A DNA stretch of 64,000 nucleotides from Candidatus Saccharimonadales bacterium (GTDB taxonomy: Bacteria; Patescibacteriota; Saccharimonadia; Saccharimonadales; UBA7683). Below are positions 1 to 9,004 of this stretch, in pieces. The position numbers and the translations under genes are program-made. Location: positions 8,480 to 72,479 of the forward strand of contig JAXMAA010000001.1 in assembly GCA_046350615.1 (NCBI GenBank), given 5' to 3'. The notes under the pieces are model-generated. The model had not been told where the DNA came from and searched no databases. It saw only the letters and a program-made list of their open reading frames with translations. Every line of letters begins with the position of its first letter. Position 1 is the first letter of the stretch.

Positions 1-6
1 CGAGTC

Positions 7-46
7 ATAAAAATAGAGACTAGCTTTTAGGAAAGTTAGTCTCTAT
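7..46 (-). terminator. Rho-independent terminator downstream of tRNA-Glu
   Basis: 10-bp stem ATAGAGACTA (13-22) / TAGTCTCTAT (37-46) with a 14-nt loop. On the minus strand the hairpin is followed by a T-run (plus-strand A-run 9-13). Confidence 0.6.
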
Positions 47-60
47 CTGTTATTCCAATT

Positions 61-135
61 TGGTGACCTCACGGGGAATCGAACCCCGATTGCCAGGATG
101 AGAACCTGGTGTCCTAGCCGTTAGACGATGAGGCC
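61..135 (-). tRNA. tRNA-Glu (anticodon CUC), CCA encoded
   Basis: Reverse complement reads GGCCTCATCGTCTAACGGCTAGGACACCAGGTTCTCATCCTGGCAATCGGGGTTCGATTCCCCGTGAGGTCACCA. It has a 7-bp acceptor stem, anticodon stem CCAGG/CCTGG with loop TTCTCAT, and T-arm GGGGTTCGATTCCCC. The D-arm and body resemble bacterial tRNA-Glu. Confidence 0.9.
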
Positions 136-247
136 TGATGTTGATTTGCAACTCAAAAACTATAGCACATCAGAGGTGGGGGAGCAATATTGAACCTATC
201 ATTAACAGGAGTTTTCATCTATACTTAACCATAAGCAGGAACTATAC

Positions 248-1954
248 ATGCAGCACGTCAAACCAAGCTGGCTCCGGATTTTCAATTATGCTCTCATCGG
301 TCTGACCGCAATTCTTGCGGCTATTTATATTCTGTTTGAACAAACAGGGGCAAGCGAAGCGACCAAAGCAACTTGGGGAATAACACCCTCAATTCTAATC
401 ATCGGGGCCATTCATGCGCTATATACACTTATTATCTATCCGTTCTTCTACAAAAAATATACCTGGGCCACATCACTACTGTCGTTTGTGATATACGCTG
501 CACTATTTGCAGCCGTTATCGATACCAGCGGTAACACAAACTTAACCTATAGGCTTGGATACGCAGCGTTTGTTTTCTGCATGGGGATGAACGGGCCGTT
601 TACGCCGCTCCTTGCCACGCTCTTAACGTGGATTGTTTTGATCTTTTCGTTGGTTGGCCTCACAACCCCTACTAAGGCTTCGATCGGCTTCAATATACTC
701 ATTGATATCATCGTAACTGCGGCAGCGTTCGGCGGCTGGTATGTATTCAAGCGCTGGTATGTTGGCAGCGGAGAATCTGCTGAACTACAAAGCCTACTAC
801 AACAAGAACAGCTGAAATCTAACACCATTATCGAATCAATCACCGATGGAGTGATGATTGTTGATACCGCCGGAACAGTGCAGACCCTTAACGAAAGTGC
901 AGCAATTATGCTGGGGTGGAGCCGGGAAGAGGCTACGAAACTCGACTATCGTTCATTAATTGTTCCCGAAGCAATAAATGAAAAAGCCCCTGAAATCGAC
1001 GCCATAACAGAGAGCCTTAAAAGCGGCACTGCCAATAAAAAAGTAAGCCTACTCACCACTCAGCACCAGCGCCATATCTATGTTGACATCGTTGCCTCGC
1101 CACTCTTTAAAACAGTCGAGGATCCAGAAACCCTGCAGCTCAGTCAAAAGCACGTTGGAACAATAGCCATTCTTCGTAATGTGGATGCCCAGAGGCGAGA
1201 AGAAGAACAGCGAAGCGATTTTATCTCCACCGCCAGTCATGAGATGCGCACTCCTGTTGCGGCAATACAAGGATTTTTAGAGCTGGCACTCAACCCGAAA
1301 GTAGCTACAGTTGACGACAAAGCTCGTGAGTATCTTCAAAAAGCATATGATTCAACAAAACATCTGGGAACATTATTTCAAGACCTGTTAACTGTCTCAA
1401 AAACTGAAGATGGCAGGCTGGCTAATACACCGGTTGTTATTGAAATAAATGAGCTCTTACAAGAACTTGTTGAACAAGAGAAAATGGCCGCCGCAAAAAA
1501 GCAGCTTGAGCTTCACTTTAGCCGTGCAGATGCAGGCGAAAAGAATGTGCAACCACTACTGTACGTGCACGCTGATCCTGAACGTCTTCGGGAGGTTATT
1601 TTAAATCTTATTGAAAACGCTCTTAAATACACGAAGGCCGGGCTTATTACCGTTGGCGCAAGCCTCAAAGACCAATCTGTAGTCATTCGTGTTTCAGATA
1701 CGGGGATTGGCATGGCCGAAGAGGACATCCCGCATTTATTCCAAAAGTTTTACCGTATTGATAATTCCGCCACTCGCGAAATCGGCGGCACCGGCCTTGG
1801 TCTTTACATCAGCAAGCAGGTGGTAGAGCAAATGGGCGGCAAAATCTGGGTTGAGAGCAAACTAGGTGAAGGAAGCACCTTTTTTGTGCAAATACCAAGA
1901 GTCAGCGCCGAGACTGTTCAAGCTGCTCAGCCCGCCCCGAGATTACCCGATTAG
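248..1954 (+). CDS. Membrane sensor histidine kinase (multi-TM N-terminus, PAS-like region, HisKA, HATPase_c)
   Basis: H-box SHEMRTPV, N-box NLIENALKYT, G-boxes DTGIGM and GGTGLGL. The N-terminal third is hydrophobic. Confidence 0.9.
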   Translation: MQHVKPSWLRIFNYALIGLTAILAAIYILFEQTGASEATKATWGITPSILIIGAIHALYTLIIYPFFYKKYTWATSLLSFVIYAALFAAVIDTSGNTNLTYRLGYAAFVFCMGMNGPFTPLLATLLTWIVLIFSLVGLTTPTKASIGFNILIDIIVTAAAFGGWYVFKRWYVGSGESAELQSLLQQEQLKSNTIIESITDGVMIVDTAGTVQTLNESAAIMLGWSREEATKLDYRSLIVPEAINEKAPEIDAITESLKSGTANKKVSLLTTQHQRHIYVDIVASPLFKTVEDPETLQLSQKHVGTIAILRNVDAQRREEEQRSDFISTASHEMRTPVAAIQGFLELALNPKVATVDDKAREYLQKAYDSTKHLGTLFQDLLTVSKTEDGRLANTPVVIEINELLQELVEQEKMAAAKKQLELHFSRADAGEKNVQPLLYVHADPERLREVILNLIENALKYTKAGLITVGASLKDQSVVIRVSDTGIGMAEEDIPHLFQKFYRIDNSATREIGGTGLGLYISKQVVEQMGGKIWVESKLGEGSTFFVQIPRVSAETVQAAQPAPRLPD

Positions 1955-2006
1955 GTTTCAGACCTTAGTTCTTGGTAATGAGAATGGTATGCAGACCGCC
2001 CGTGCC

Positions 2007-2115
2007 GTCATCTCGACCGTAGTGGAGAGATCTGATTTCGGTGTATATATATGCCAGTAGATCTCTCCTCCTTCGCTAAAGCCATGGCGGACAGGCCGAC
2101 TACACTCGAGATGAC
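2007..2115. repeat. Nested palindromic GTCAT-module unit (MITE-like)
   Basis: Termini GTCATCTCGAC (2007-2017) and CTCGAGATGAC (2105-2115) are inverted. Inner perfect 10-bp inverted repeat GGAGAGATCT/AGATCTCTCC. Contains the word TCGCTAAAGCCATGGCGGACAGG, which recurs at 35920. Confidence 0.7.
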
Positions 2116-2205
2116 GACAATGGCCAGCCCTCACCCTAGCCATTTCTTCTAGTCATAACCATCTTGTGCTACACTTATGGTGTATAAAAAGAGGGAAGTA
2201 ACTGC

Positions 2206-2778
2206 ATGCCTACAATTCTATTAGTTGAAGATGATGTTAACATTCGCGAGATCTATAGCGCTCGTCTCCTGGCAGAGGGCTATACCATTGCCGTATCTGG
2301 TGACGGAGAAGAAGCACTTGCTGCAGCTGTGCGCGAAAAGCCTGATCTAATAATCTCGGACATTATGATGCCTAAAATTAGCGGCTTCGATATGCTCGAT
2401 ATTTTGCGCTCCACCCCCGAAACCAAAGATGTGAAAGTAATTATGATGACTGCCCTGGGGCAAGAGGAAGACCGCCAGCGCGGCGAATCTCTCGGTGCGG
2501 ACCGCTACTTTGTAAAAAGCCAGGTTACACTAGACGAAGTTGTCCAAGCCGTTCAAGAGCTTTTGGGGCAAGCTCCTGCCGCCCCAGCACAGCCAGTGAC
2601 TAATGATGATAGCGCAGCTCCAAATCCTTCCGCCTCTGATGACCTTGCAGACGAAGTTGCTGATTTTGCAGCGTCAAGTCCGCTTATGAACGGCAGCGCT
2701 CCAACACCAAGCCAGCCACAACAAGTAGCGCCAAACGACCCTAATCGTACGCCAGATATCGACGAAATCGAGACATAG
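2206..2778 (+). CDS. Response regulator, receiver domain only, with Pro/Ala/Gln-rich tail
   Basis: ILLVEDD start, DLIISDIMMPKISG phospho-acceptor region, MMTALG, KS motif. No DNA-binding output domain is visible. Confidence 0.9.
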   Translation: MPTILLVEDDVNIREIYSARLLAEGYTIAVSGDGEEALAAAVREKPDLIISDIMMPKISGFDMLDILRSTPETKDVKVIMMTALGQEEDRQRGESLGADRYFVKSQVTLDEVVQAVQELLGQAPAAPAQPVTNDDSAAPNPSASDDLADEVADFAASSPLMNGSAPTPSQPQQVAPNDPNRTPDIDEIET

Positions 2779-2782
2779 CGTT

Positions 2783-3469
2783 ATGTCAGGGCCAGTTCGC
2801 CTCAATAAATACCTGGCACTGCAATCGGGAATAAGCCGTCGTGAAGCAGACCTTAAGATTGAGCAGGGGAGAGTGTCTATAAATGGTCAGCGTGCGCGGC
2901 TCGGCGCAGTCATCCAGCCAGAACGCGATACCATCACCCTTGACAACAGCGCTATTACCACGGCTGTCAAGCGTGCTACCTACATCTTATTGAATAAACC
3001 CCTTGGTTACGTTTGCTCAAGGAAGCAGCAAGGCAATTCTCCAACCATTTACGCGCTGCTGCCGCGCGAATATCAGCGCCTCAAAGTTGCCGGGAGGCTT
3101 GATAAAGACAGTTGCGGCATAGTGCTTCTTACCGATGACGGCGACACAATATTTAAGTTAACGCATCCTAAATTTGGCAAAGAAAAACGCTACGAGGTGG
3201 GTCTCAATAAACCACTTACACCCGCTGATCTTAAAAAACTTACTGGTGGCATAGAGCTTGAAGATGGCATTAGCGCAATCACCGTTTCAACACTTTCAAA
3301 AAAATCAACTCGGCCAAACATGTACTTAGTTGTTATGCACGAAGGTCGCAACCGCCAGATCCGGCGCACTTTTAAGGCGCTCGGCTACACCGTAACTCAT
3401 CTGGAACGCATCAAGTTTGGACCCTACACCCTCAAAGAGCTAGGCTCCAAACAATTTTTGCAGATTTAA
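2783..3469 (+). CDS. Pseudouridine synthase, RsuA/RluB family (S4 domain plus catalytic domain)
   Basis: N-terminal S4-like RLNKYLA..GISRREADLKIEQGRVSING. Catalytic motif GRLDKDSCGIVLLTDDG. C-terminal HEGRNRQIRR. Confidence 0.9.
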   Translation: MSGPVRLNKYLALQSGISRREADLKIEQGRVSINGQRARLGAVIQPERDTITLDNSAITTAVKRATYILLNKPLGYVCSRKQQGNSPTIYALLPREYQRLKVAGRLDKDSCGIVLLTDDGDTIFKLTHPKFGKEKRYEVGLNKPLTPADLKKLTGGIELEDGISAITVSTLSKKSTRPNMYLVVMHEGRNRQIRRTFKALGYTVTHLERIKFGPYTLKELGSKQFLQI

Positions 3470-3518
3470 GCATTTTTATGTTATAATAAAGGTATAGTTT
3501 AAGAAATCCATAGGTATT

Positions 3519-4877
3519 ATGAGTAAAAAACTTCCTGTTGTTGCAATTGTTGGCCGTGCAAACGTTGGTAAATCCAGCTTATTTAATCGTGTATTGCAGC
3601 GCCAAGAGGCAGTCGTAGCGCGCGAGGCCGGGACCACTCGCGACGCAGTGTATCGCACTGTTGAGCACGGCGCACACCATTTTTGGTTGGTTGATACCGC
3701 TGGCTTAAAAGATCCTGAGGATGAATTTGAAGCCACTATTCAAGAACAGATCGAGGAAGCCGCCGCAGCTGCTGATGTAATTATTGTCGTTGTTGAGGCG
3801 CACACTGCAATTACCGAAGAAGATCGCCGCGTGGCCAAAAAAGCTTTGAAGAGTAAAAAACCCGTGCTACTCATCACCAATAAAGTTGACCAGGTAGCCA
3901 AAACTGAGAGCGAAACCCCCTGGGAGCGGCTGGGCATTAAAGAAATCATCAGCACCAGTGCCACGCAAAACCAAGGGATCTCAAGCGTTTTAGACGCCAT
4001 TACAGATCTGATTCCGCCACGCGAGGCACTTCCCGAAGATAATGTTTTGAGAATTGCCTTGCTCGGACGCCCAAATGTCGGCAAAAGCTACCTTTTCAAT
4101 ACACTCGCCAAAAAGCAACAAGCTGTAGTGGCTAACGTTGCTGGCACCACGCGAGATGTCAATAAAGTTCGAGTCCGTTACGAGGGTCGTGATATTGAGC
4201 TCCTTGATACTGCTGGCATCAGAAAAAGTGGCAAGATAGAAAAAGGCATTGAAAAATTCAGTGTTTTAAGAAGTCTGCAAGCCATTGAACAAGCGGATGT
4301 CTGCCTGCTTTTAATGGATGTGAACGAACATTCCACTGCACTCGATCAAAAAATTGCGGGCTTAATTAAAGAGGCGGGGAAGGGATTGGTGCTTGTTGTC
4401 AGCAAGTGGGATAGCCTCGAGAAAACAGCCTATACGCGGGATTCAATTGCCCCAGTCATTACACACAACTTTCAGTTTGTGCCATGGGCGCCACTTATTT
4501 TTACCAGCGCGGAAACTGGCCAAAATGTTACTAAACTGTTTGATCTCGCCATGGATATCTATGCTCGCCGGCGCGCTAAGCTTAAGACCACCGAGCTCAA
4601 CCGCATACTAGCGACCAGCCTGCAGGCGCATCCGCCAGCTGGTCTCAAAAGCCGTCACCCAAAGCCACGCTACCTGGTGCAAGATGATGTCGCTCCGCCA
4701 ACCTTTCGCCTCTACGGTGCCCATCTTGAATACCTCCACTGGAGCTGGAAGCGCTACTTAGAAAAAAACCTCCGATCACAAATCGACTACAACGGCACCC
4801 CAATCCGTTTCTACATGATGAACAACGCCCGAAAATCCGGCAAAACCAAGAAGTTCCTGCCAAAAGTTGAGGAGTAA
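3519..4877 (+). CDS. der: Ribosome-associated GTPase Der/EngA
   Basis: Two tandem GTPase domains (GRANVGKSS..DTAG; GRPNVGKSY..DTAG..SKWD) followed by a KH-like C-terminus. Confidence 0.95.
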   Translation: MSKKLPVVAIVGRANVGKSSLFNRVLQRQEAVVAREAGTTRDAVYRTVEHGAHHFWLVDTAGLKDPEDEFEATIQEQIEEAAAAADVIIVVVEAHTAITEEDRRVAKKALKSKKPVLLITNKVDQVAKTESETPWERLGIKEIISTSATQNQGISSVLDAITDLIPPREALPEDNVLRIALLGRPNVGKSYLFNTLAKKQQAVVANVAGTTRDVNKVRVRYEGRDIELLDTAGIRKSGKIEKGIEKFSVLRSLQAIEQADVCLLLMDVNEHSTALDQKIAGLIKEAGKGLVLVVSKWDSLEKTAYTRDSIAPVITHNFQFVPWAPLIFTSAETGQNVTKLFDLAMDIYARRRAKLKTTELNRILATSLQAHPPAGLKSRHPKPRYLVQDDVAPPTFRLYGAHLEYLHWSWKRYLEKNLRSQIDYNGTPIRFYMMNNARKSGKTKKFLPKVEE

Positions 4878-5539
4878 TGCCGGCAACGACACTTCGACTT
4901 CCAGAACCACACATACTAAGACCAGCGGAAATTGGCCTTTCTATTAGTCAACAAGAAATCACAAGACTTGGAGCATGGATAGCAAGAAATTCCGTACACC
5001 AGCGAGCGCCGCATATACATAGCACAAGTAGAGATAGCCGGGACCATTCTTGGCTCAGAAAAACAAAGCCCTTATTGGTTCCCAGCGAGTTCACGCCACC
5101 CGAAGACGTAGCCGGCTTAGTGCGAGACCTGTACGACGCGCTTCATGAGCCAATGCAGCAATTTATTCGAGCACCACTTGAAAAAATAACCACCCGATAC
5201 GCCGCATCTGGCCACACACATCTACCTGGAGATGATGCAGCAGAAGGCCATCTAGATTACTATCCCAGCGCAAATTTCTACACCGGCAGAACTAACCGCG
5301 GAGGAAAGCTACTCGTCGCTCAAACAGCCAGCCCAAGAAGCGTCGAACAAATTCGAGAGGAAGCATACGATGTCACACCACAACCCGGAACGTTTCTTTT
5401 ATTCTTCGGAACCATCTTCCCTCACTGTGTTGATGCCATTCCAGCCGCCGCAACCGGCGCACGTACTTGTATAAATCTGACCTACTCTGACGGAAACCCA
5501 CAAGACCCTTCACACCCACGCTTCACTTCCGCCAGATAA
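4877..5539 (+). CDS. Hypothetical protein, possible 2OG-Fe(II) oxygenase fold
   Basis: The start overlaps the der stop (TAATG). The pattern HTHLPGDD ... GGKLLV ... PQPGTFLLFFGTIFPHCV ... RTCINLTY resembles HxD...H...R dioxygenase spacing; this is a weak call. Confidence 0.45.
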   Translation: MPATTLRLPEPHILRPAEIGLSISQQEITRLGAWIARNSVHQRAPHIHSTSRDSRDHSWLRKTKPLLVPSEFTPPEDVAGLVRDLYDALHEPMQQFIRAPLEKITTRYAASGHTHLPGDDAAEGHLDYYPSANFYTGRTNRGGKLLVAQTASPRSVEQIREEAYDVTPQPGTFLLFFGTIFPHCVDAIPAAATGARTCINLTYSDGNPQDPSHPRFTSAR

Positions 5540-5577
5540 AGACAACGCCTGAAAATAGAGGAATAGGCCCCCGTCCC

Positions 5578-5602
5578 GTCATTCCCAACTTGATTGGGAA
5601 TC
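5578..5602. repeat. GTCAT hairpin module (left end of GIY-YIG cassette)
   Basis: GTCATTCCCAACTTGATTGGGAATC. 8-bp stem ATTCCCAA/TTGGGAAT with loop CTTGA. Ends 7 nt beyond the GIY-YIG stop codon. Confidence 0.85.
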
Positions 5603-5609
5603 TCGTCCG

Positions 5610-5909
5610 TTAGCCAAGTAGGCTGTCATAGAGATCAGTCCAATCTGAATTCTGGCTCTCAATCAATTCAATCTTCCATTGCCGATTCCACCGTTTCAGC
5701 TGCTTTTCTCGAGTCATCGCATCTTCTGAGGTAGGGTGTTCTTCAAAATAGACAAGCTTATCTATTTGATACTGTTTTGTAAAACCATCTGTAAGTTTCT
5801 CTTTATGTTCATACACCCGGCGAATCAAATCATTCGTAATTCCAATATACAGGGCGCCCCTCTTGGGCCGGCTTGCCAGTATGTATACGTAGAAAGTTCG
5901 CAATTTCAT
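5610..5909 (-). CDS. GIY-YIG nuclease family protein (small stand-alone URI-domain type)
   Basis: FYVYILAS..GALYIGITNDLIRRVYEHK ... REKQLKRWNRQWKIELIE. I place the start at the internal Met (ATG 5907-5909). The ORF-track N-terminal extension only translates the flanking hairpin. Confidence 0.85.
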   Translation of the reverse strand: MKLRTFYVYILASRPKRGALYIGITNDLIRRVYEHKEKLTDGFTKQYQIDKLVYFEEHPTSEDAMTREKQLKRWNRQWKIELIESQNSDWTDLYDSLLG

Positions 5910-5924
5910 GTACTTATTGTACGA

Positions 5925-5949
5925 GATTCCCAACCAAGTTGGGAATGAC
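5925..5949. repeat. GTCAT hairpin module (right end of GIY-YIG cassette, inverted)
   Basis: GATTCCCAACCAAGTTGGGAATGAC. Same 8-bp stem as 5578-5602 with loop CCAAG, in the opposite orientation. Lies 15 nt upstream of the GIY-YIG ATG. Confidence 0.85.
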
Positions 5950-5975
5950 GCCCGGCGAAGGGTATACTTAGACAC

Positions 5976-6584
5976 ATGGCACTATTCCAACAGTTTAATC
6001 AGCGAAAAGATCGGATTTTTGAGTTAGCGCAAGATCAGTGTAGTGAAACGGGGCAAACGGAAAGTTTTATTACGTTGGTTTTTGGGCTTGGCAACATCGG
6101 GAAGCAATTTGATGGTACACGCCATAATAGCGGCTTCTTGACGCTCGATGCTTATCGAGAAGTGAACGATTTCCCGGAGTGGCAAGAAAAGCCAAAATTT
6201 AAGGCATTCACCTCCGAAAGCTTCATAAACGGCAAAAAAGTGATCCTCGCCAAACCAACTACGCTCTACAACTTGGCGGGAGAGAGCATTCGGGCTATTA
6301 AAGATTTCTACAAACTAGCAAACAGCGATATCACCGTAGTGCACGATGAGCTCGATTTACCGTTCAGCACCGTCAAAGAGAAGCAGGGAGGGGGATCCGC
6401 TGGCAGTAACGGTCTAAAAAGCATTATCAGCCACATCGGCGAAGACTTCCGCCGCATCCGCATTGGCATTAAAAACGACCAGCTGGAAAAAATGGATCCA
6501 GCCGATTTCGTGCTATCAAAATTTTCCAGCACAGAAAAAAAGCAGCTCGATCAAATAATTAAAGCTGCTTTAGAAAAAATCTAG
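5976..6584 (+). CDS. pth: Peptidyl-tRNA hydrolase
   Basis: VFGLGNIGKQFDGTRHNSGF signature plus VVHDELDLPF. The true start may be the TTG at 6075, because the first ~33 residues are not Pth-like. Confidence 0.9.
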   Translation: MALFQQFNQRKDRIFELAQDQCSETGQTESFITLVFGLGNIGKQFDGTRHNSGFLTLDAYREVNDFPEWQEKPKFKAFTSESFINGKKVILAKPTTLYNLAGESIRAIKDFYKLANSDITVVHDELDLPFSTVKEKQGGGSAGSNGLKSIISHIGEDFRRIRIGIKNDQLEKMDPADFVLSKFSSTEKKQLDQIIKAALEKI

Positions 6585-6605
6585 ATTGTCCTCAAAAATT
6601 CAGAC

Positions 6606-6923
6606 CTACACCGAGCCGTCTGCTTTGGCAGCTGCACGTCTGGCGTCAGCCTCACGATCAAACGTATCATACGCCTCAATCTCTTCTGGAGTTAAATCAC
6701 CATTATCTGGTTCAGTAGACGCCTCTGGAGTCTCCACCGTCGGAACACCATCCGGTCCGATACCAGTTACAACTAGCCTGCCAGTATAGTGAGCTACAAA
6801 TACTCTGCGCACCTGCACTCCCTGATCCTTTTCCCTAGGGTCCAATTCAATACGCCGACCTATTACTCTTCTTGGGTCCAGCTTAACGTCTGATCGTTCA
6901 TTCATGCCTTTATGATAGCACAC
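6606..6923 (-). CDS. Hypothetical small protein
   Basis: The ORF has a charged, non-repetitive composition. It is preferred over the overlapping plus-strand ORF 6586-6789, which is Ser/Ala low-complexity. The start may be the internal MNERS. Confidence 0.4.
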   Translation of the reverse strand: MCYHKGMNERSDVKLDPRRVIGRRIELDPREKDQGVQVRRVFVAHYTGRLVVTGIGPDGVPTVETPEASTEPDNGDLTPEEIEAYDTFDREADARRAAAKADGSV

Positions 6924-6995
6924 TTATCTTGAAATGTCAAATATTATTCGCCCTGAGAAAATCGAAGGGTATGGCAAAAACACCGTTTATTATCC

Positions 6996-7023
6996 AGATC
7001 TTTCGACAAGCTCAAGATGACGG
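6996..7023. repeat. Single arm of GTCAT-module family
   Basis: AGATCTTTCGACAAGCTCAAGATGACGG is near-identical to 46991-47018 and similar to 53173-53197. Confidence 0.7.
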
Positions 7024-7050
7024 TTAAACGGGCCGCACAAAAACTATGCT

Positions 7051-7263
7051 TTACTCAGTCCTCTCGTCAGCTACACCTCTGGGTAAGATAATCGTACTAG
7101 CCACATCAGTTGCGGAGCGACCATCATGAGAGCGAGTTGTGTCGTTAGGAGCACCAAGAATAACCAGCCCAAGCCCGCCAGGTATCAGCGCTCGAACCAA
7201 CTTATCCAGTTCTTCGCCTTCAACTAGTTCACCAATTGAAAATGGGTCATGTTCTAATGGCAT
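7051..7263 (-). CDS. Hypothetical small protein
   Basis: ORF only; no clear Shine-Dalgarno sequence precedes the ATG. Confidence 0.3.
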   Translation of the reverse strand: MPLEHDPFSIGELVEGEELDKLVRALIPGGLGLVILGAPNDTTRSHDGRSATDVASTIILPRGVADERTE

Positions 7264-7292
7264 ATGTTGCTAGAATAGCAGACCAAAACAAT

Positions 7293-7338
7293 TTGTAAAT
7301 AAACAGCGCCCAGCAGGGGTGGGCACTGCTGGGCGCTG
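7293..7338 (-). terminator. Strong rho-independent terminator (minus strand)
   Basis: Perfect 13-bp stem CAGCGCCCAGCAG (7304-7316) / CTGCTGGGCGCTG (7326-7338) with a 9-nt loop. On the minus strand it is followed by TTTATTTAC. Confidence 0.75.
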
Positions 7339-7530
7339 AAACCTCCCTTCAACCCACCCGGACGACGCGTGTGACGCATGTCTCTCTCGAATGCTCACAG
7401 CTAGGGCTAGGCCCAACCTATTAGGCTCACCGCTGAATTGGGGTTAAAGGGGTTAGAAGACCTTCAAAGCTTGACTTCAAGCGGACAAGTGTCCTCGTCG
7501 AAAACGAAAAGTGGAGGGTAAAAACTTTAT
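7339..7530 (-). ncRNA. Candidate unclassified small RNA or long leader ending at the 7293-7338 terminator
   Basis: About 190 nt of non-coding, GC-balanced sequence with several local hairpins (GCTTGA/TCAAGC, GGACA/TGTCC) directly upstream of a strong terminator. No known RNA family motif was recognised. Confidence 0.3.
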
Positions 7531-7678
7531 GTTTACTTTGAAAGCTTCCTAACATTACTTATCGAATGATAAGATGTTAAATGGGGTATAAAAGGTACGA
7601 AAGTGATTAATACCACTTACGAATAGCCATATTAGCATACACAGGGCATATTGTCAATACTTTTTGAGATAATATTGT

Positions 7679-8536
7679 ATGAAAATCAATAAAGTTACGA
7701 AACAACGTAAGCAGTATCCGGCCTATTTGCTGGAAATCTCATCTGTTCCAAAACAGTTATTTTATCTTGGCGAGCCGCCTGAAGCCTATCTGCCTGCAGT
7801 AACCATTGTTGGTAGTCGCAAGCTCTCGCCGTACGGCCGAGAGGTGACGTACCAGTTGGCATACGACCTAGCAAAACAAGGAGTCTCCGTTATTAGTGGC
7901 CTTGCCTTAGGAGCTGACGGAGTGGCGCACCAAGCCGCAATTGATGCTGGCGGCAGAACAATTGCCGTTCTTGCCAATGGGCTCGATGAGATCTACCCGG
8001 CATCGCACCGAAATTTAGCCATTGAGATCTTGAAAAAGGGCGGCACCATCATGAGTGAATACCCAACCGGCACGCCATCACTCAAGCATCACTTCATCGC
8101 TCGTAATCGTATTGTTTCCGGGCTTTCAGATATGGTAATTATCACTGAGGCAGCCGAGGCCAGCGGCTCGCTTGTAACGGCCAATTTTGCGCTTGAACAA
8201 AACAAACTCGTTGGCGCAGTACCGGGCAATATTACCAATCCGCTCAGTATCGGCACTAATACCTTGATAAAAAGTGGTGCTCAGCTTATTACTTCTGCCC
8301 AAGATGTGCTTAATGCACTCGGCATTCAGGCTGAAGAAAAAGTGCGCCAAGAGGTATTTGGAGATACCGCCGAAGAACAAGCAATCATCGACCTTATGAA
8401 GCAAGGTATAACAGAGATGGACCAGCTCCAACAGCAAAGCAATCTCGACCCAGCCATATTCAGCCAAACCCTCACTATGCTCGAAATCTCCGGCAAAATC
8501 CGCCCCTTGGGCGCAGCCCATTGGACACTTAATTAA
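7679..8536 (+). CDS. dprA: DNA processing protein DprA (Smf)
   Basis: GSRKLSPYG...SGLALGADGVAHQAA...IAVLANGLDEIYP...SGSLVTA core with a C-terminal winged-helix-like tail. Confidence 0.9.
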   Translation: MKINKVTKQRKQYPAYLLEISSVPKQLFYLGEPPEAYLPAVTIVGSRKLSPYGREVTYQLAYDLAKQGVSVISGLALGADGVAHQAAIDAGGRTIAVLANGLDEIYPASHRNLAIEILKKGGTIMSEYPTGTPSLKHHFIARNRIVSGLSDMVIITEAAEASGSLVTANFALEQNKLVGAVPGNITNPLSIGTNTLIKSGAQLITSAQDVLNALGIQAEEKVRQEVFGDTAEEQAIIDLMKQGITEMDQLQQQSNLDPAIFSQTLTMLEISGKIRPLGAAHWTLN

Positions 8537-8632
8537 AGCCAGCGCCCAACATGCCGAGTATACCCTGACAACATGTAGAGAAGATCGTCGAACTGTGTCC
8601 GGCAAAACCTTAAGAGTCATGAAGTAACTATT

Positions 8633-9004
8633 TCAACTTAGATATTTCTGTATACGCTGCTGATCTTCACGGTTTTTAACATTCTTAGCGTATAGCTCAA
8701 TAAATGTTACAGTGCCCTCGCTTATGACGGCTATAAATACCAATCGAAGCTTGCCACTCATGGAGCGCGTTTCGGTATCCAATCGCATTTTTATAACTTC
8801 ATGTGTCTGTGACTGGTGTAAGATTGTGGCTCGCTTGCCATCAAAGAACAGTGATCGATATTTTTTGAGCTCCTCATCACCTCCAGACACATATAACTGC
8901 TCTATAAGCGCATAGACGGGTTTTAGATCGGACTTTAGGGTTCGCACCTTCTTGCCAAGTGCTTTTATATCTTTTTTAAACTCCGGGCTCTCATTAAAGT
9001 TCAT
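8633..9004 (-). CDS. Candidate toxin, RelE/ParE-fold-like, partner of the Panacea antitoxin
   Basis: Overlaps the upstream antitoxin gene by 11 nt. The C-terminal pattern KMRLD..SGKLRLVFIAV..EGTVTFIELYAKNVK resembles the RelE/ParE beta-core. Confidence 0.5.
   Translation of the reverse strand: MNFNESPEFKKDIKALGKKVRTLKSDLKPVYALIEQLYVSGGDEELKKYRSLFFDGKRATILHQSQTHEVIKMRLDTETRSMSGKLRLVFIAVISEGTVTFIELYAKNVKNREDQQRIQKYLS

Noticed and set aside
6586-6789. Plus-strand 67-aa ORF downstream of pth.
   Set aside because: Its Ser/Ala/Val low-complexity translation overlaps a more protein-like minus-strand ORF (6606-6923). Neither is strongly supported, so only the minus-strand ORF is listed, at low confidence.
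7339-7530. tmRNA, RNase P RNA, SRP RNA or a known riboswitch in the dprA upstream region.
   Set aside because: No tRNA-like T-arm/CCA end, no GAGGAAAGTCC or ACAGAACCCGGCTTA motif, no SRP GGAA/AGCA domain IV motif, and no recognisable riboswitch core was seen on either strand. It is kept only as an unclassified candidate.
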